A DNA stretch of 63,119 nucleotides, taken from a plasmid. Below, piece by piece: positions 60,902-63,119 of this stretch. The translations under genes and the position numbers were made by a program. The first letter of the stretch is position 1, and each line of letters starts with the position of its first letter. The notes beneath the pieces are model-generated. The model was not told the DNA's origin. It worked only from the letters and a program-made list of their open reading frames with translations, and ran no database searches. Location of the stretch: assembly GCF_056746865.1 (NCBI RefSeq), contig NZ_JBWKMP010000006.1; one strand, 5' to 3'.

Positions 60902-61920
60902 AGAATACTCCATATAACGCAGTACACTGGAGTCAGTTAGCACCCGAAGAGCAGATCCGTTTCTGGGAAGACTATGAAGCGGGAAGGGCGACCACTTTCC
61001 TGGTTGAACCGGAAAGGAAGCGCACGAAGCGTCGTCGTGGTGAGCACTCCACCAAACCCAAATGCGAAAATCCGTCCTGGTATCGTCCTGAGCGCTATAA
61101 GGCGCTGAGCGGGCAGCTCGGGCACGCCTACAACCGTCTGGTGAAAAAGGACCCGGTGACCGGCGAGCAGAGCCTGCGCATGCACATGTCTCTGCATCCT
61201 TTTTACGTGCAGAAACGAACGTATGTCGGTCGCAAATATGCTTTCCGTCCGGAAAAACAACGCCTCCTCGATGCCGTCTGGCCGGTTCTGGTCAGCTTCA
61301 GTGATGCGGGCACACATACCGTAGGCATGAGTGTTTCCCGTCTGGCCAGAGAAATCAGCCCGAAAGACAGCAAGGGGAAGGTTATTCCGGAACTGGAAGT
61401 GACGGTCTCCCGCCTTTCCCGTTTGCTGGCCGAACAGGTACGTTTTGGTGTGCTGGGTGTTTCAGAGGAAACCCTGTGGGACCGTGAAACCCGCCAGCGT
61501 CTGCCACGTTACGTCTGGATAACACCGGCAGGCTGGCAGATGCTGGGCGTCGACATGGTAAAACTTCACGAACAGCAGCAGAAACGACTGCGTGAAAGTG
61601 AAATCCGCCAGCAGCTCATTCGGGAAGGTGTTCTGCGTGAGGATGAAGATATCTCCGTACATGCGGCCAGAAAACGCTGGTATCTGCAGCGCAGCCAGGA
61701 TGCACTGAAACACCGTCGTGCAAAAGCGGCAGCCAGTAAGCGCGCCAGACGCCTGAAGAAACTGCCTGCCGACCAGCAGATTCATGAGATGGCAGAGTAT
61801 CTCAGGAAGCGTCTGCCGCCGGATGAAGCCTATTTTTGTTCCGATGACCATCTGAAGCGACTGGCCATCAGGGAGTTGCGTCAGCTTGAACTGACGCTGG
61901 CTGCGCCACCGCCGCACTAG
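60889..61920 (+). CDS. repZ: RepZ replication initiator (IncFII-RepA-family)
   Basis: 343 aa from GTG 60889 (no in-frame ATG available); preceded by repY and the Inc hairpin, followed by a DnaA box; the ORF-track start at 60844 is an upstream extension. Confidence 0.75.
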   Translation: MAGLKNTPYNAVHWSQLAPEEQIRFWEDYEAGRATTFLVEPERKRTKRRRGEHSTKPKCENPSWYRPERYKALSGQLGHAYNRLVKKDPVTGEQSLRMHMSLHPFYVQKRTYVGRKYAFRPEKQRLLDAVWPVLVSFSDAGTHTVGMSVSRLAREISPKDSKGKVIPELEVTVSRLSRLLAEQVRFGVLGVSEETLWDRETRQRLPRYVWITPAGWQMLGVDMVKLHEQQQKRLRESEIRQQLIREGVLREDEDISVHAARKRWYLQRSQDALKHRRAKAAASKRARRLKKLPADQQIHEMAEYLRKRLPPDEAYFCSDDHLKRLAIRELRQLELTLAAPPPH

Positions 61921-61952
61921 ACAGCACCATTCCTTCAGCACTGAATCATCGC

Positions 61953-61975
61953 CAGCCCCTCCGGGGCTTTCGGCG
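61953..61975 (+). terminator. hairpin immediately downstream of repZ (CIS-like)
   Basis: CAGCCCC-TCC-GGGGCTT stem-loop. Confidence 0.35.
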
Positions 61976-62086
61976 CTGATTCCGCTCAGCCCAAAATCTG
62001 CAGTAATCACCTTAAATCCCCTCAGAGGGGCATATCTGCCCATAAAACCACGTATCAGTCATCAGAACATGGCCACGTTGTTTCAG

Positions 62087-62095
62087 TTATCCACA
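62087..62095 (+). promoter_or_regulatory. DnaA box in the putative oriV
   Basis: Perfect TTATCCACA ~170 bp downstream of repZ. Confidence 0.4.
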
Positions 62096-62762
62096 TAAAT
62101 CCGCAAACAAAGAACTTTAAAAAGCTGCAAACCTGAAACAGCAAACCTGCAATATAGTCCTAACCCCATTATTTAATCCCCTGCGTTGCTTCGCCGCAGG
62201 GAAAGTCTTTATCTCTGAAACCACTGTGAACAAATTAAGAGGCCTTCGCTTGCAGCGGCCAAGGCCTCGCCGCTCAGAATCAAGAAGCCTCCACGCTAAC
62301 GCGCGGGCCCCGAACCTGATTTCAGCGCAAACCTCAATGCAACCACCCACACAAACACGACGCCGCTGACCCCTCATAACTGAAAAGCAGAGAAGCCGCC
62401 CGCCCGAAGAGGACGGCGTCAGCTTGACGCTTGATATTTAATCTCCTGCCATCATTCATCTCTCAATAATGTAAAGATCACATCATCACCGACCATAACC
62501 GTTAACGCAGAGATCGCCCGACTTAATCCCATATAGCGACCACTCAACCACACCGCACAGAAGCTATTTCATGGCTGAAAGCGGGTATGGCTTCCAGACT
62601 GGCGGCGATCGTTAGCGCTAATATGATCGGTAAAGCGTACCATTTAAGCGGTTTGTTGCTGTGTAACAACGGGGTCCGGCACCTTATCCTGACGCGCATT
62701 ATTTGCCTTGTTTCGTCTGAAAGTAATCACTATGATTAAATATGATTAACAGCTAATCGGAT

Positions 62763-63047
62763 ATGCAAATGAAAAACAATACCGCACAGGCAACAAAAGT
62801 AATTACCGCGCATGTGCCATTACCTATGGCTGATAAAGTCGACCAGATGGCCGCCAGACTGGAACGCTCCCGGGGCTGGATTATCAAACAGGCGCTTTCT
62901 GCATGGCTTGCCCAGGAGGAGGAGCGTAATCGCCTGACGCTGGAAGCCCTGGACGATGTGACATCCGGACAGGTTATCGACCATCAGGCTGTACAGGCCT
63001 GGGCGGACAGCCTCAGTACTGACAATCCGTTACCGGTGCCACGCTGA
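62763..63047 (+). CDS. RelB/ParD-family antitoxin (ribbon-helix-helix)
   Basis: 94-aa ORF overlapping the start of a downstream toxin-like ORF (TGATG). Confidence 0.65.
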   Translation: MQMKNNTAQATKVITAHVPLPMADKVDQMAARLERSRGWIIKQALSAWLAQEEERNRLTLEALDDVTSGQVIDHQAVQAWADSLSTDNPLPVPR

Positions 63048-63119
63048 TGGAACTGAAGTGGACCAGTAAGGCGCTTTCTGATTTGGCGCGGTTATATGAT
63101 TTTCTGGTGCTGGCCAGTA
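63047..63119 (+). CDS. ParE/RelE-family toxin, 5-prime part only (truncated by the window edge)
   Basis: Begins MELKWTSKALSDLARLYDFLVLAS... coupled to the antitoxin stop. Confidence 0.55.
   Translation, partial: MELKWTSKALSDLARLYDFLVLAS

Noticed and set aside
62117-62377. 86-aa - strand ORF in the region downstream of repZ
   Set aside because: It lies in the putative oriV region containing a DnaA box and hairpins; Arg-rich with no ribosome-binding site

Overview
The window reads as most of the backbone of an IncI1-type (R64 / ColIb-P9-like) conjugative plasmid, identified from protein motifs and gene order recalled from memory, with no database search. In order: (1) a leading region on the + strand (psiB, psiA, ardA, several uncharacterised ORFs, an Rpn/YhgA-like nuclease) carrying two copies of a ~350-bp Frpo/ssi-like element; (2) oriT with nikA and nikB; (3) trbC-trbB-trbA; (4) a pndCA (hok-like) toxin module plus a second, unannotated small-toxin-like locus; (5) excA and the tra block traY to traE on the - strand, including the sog primase, nuc, and the DotB-like ATPase traJ; (6) rci recombinase and a shufflon with five 19-bp-type repeats feeding alternative pilV C-termini; (7) the thin-pilus pil operon pilV back to pilL plus small upstream ORFs; (8) regulators traC, traB (NusG/RfaH-like) and traA (LuxR/GerE-type); (9) the repY-repZ replicon with its antisense Inc RNA hairpin and a DnaA box; (10) the start of a RelB/ParD-ParE-like toxin-antitoxin pair. 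The most interesting candidates for undescribed biology are: an Rpn nuclease with an internal in-frame start for its C-terminal domain plus a separate stand-alone copy of that domain; a DinQ-like hydrophobic peptide ORF behind a duplicated pnd-type leader; and three ~150-nt modules with conserved ends and an ops-like motif in front of the traH, traB and traA transcription units. Five conjugation genes (nikA, nikB, traY, sogL, pilQ) are frameshifted, four of them at homopolymer runs, which suggests sequencing indels rather than real decay. Gene symbols for tra/pil/trb genes are assigned by size and synteny and are less certain than the motif-based calls.
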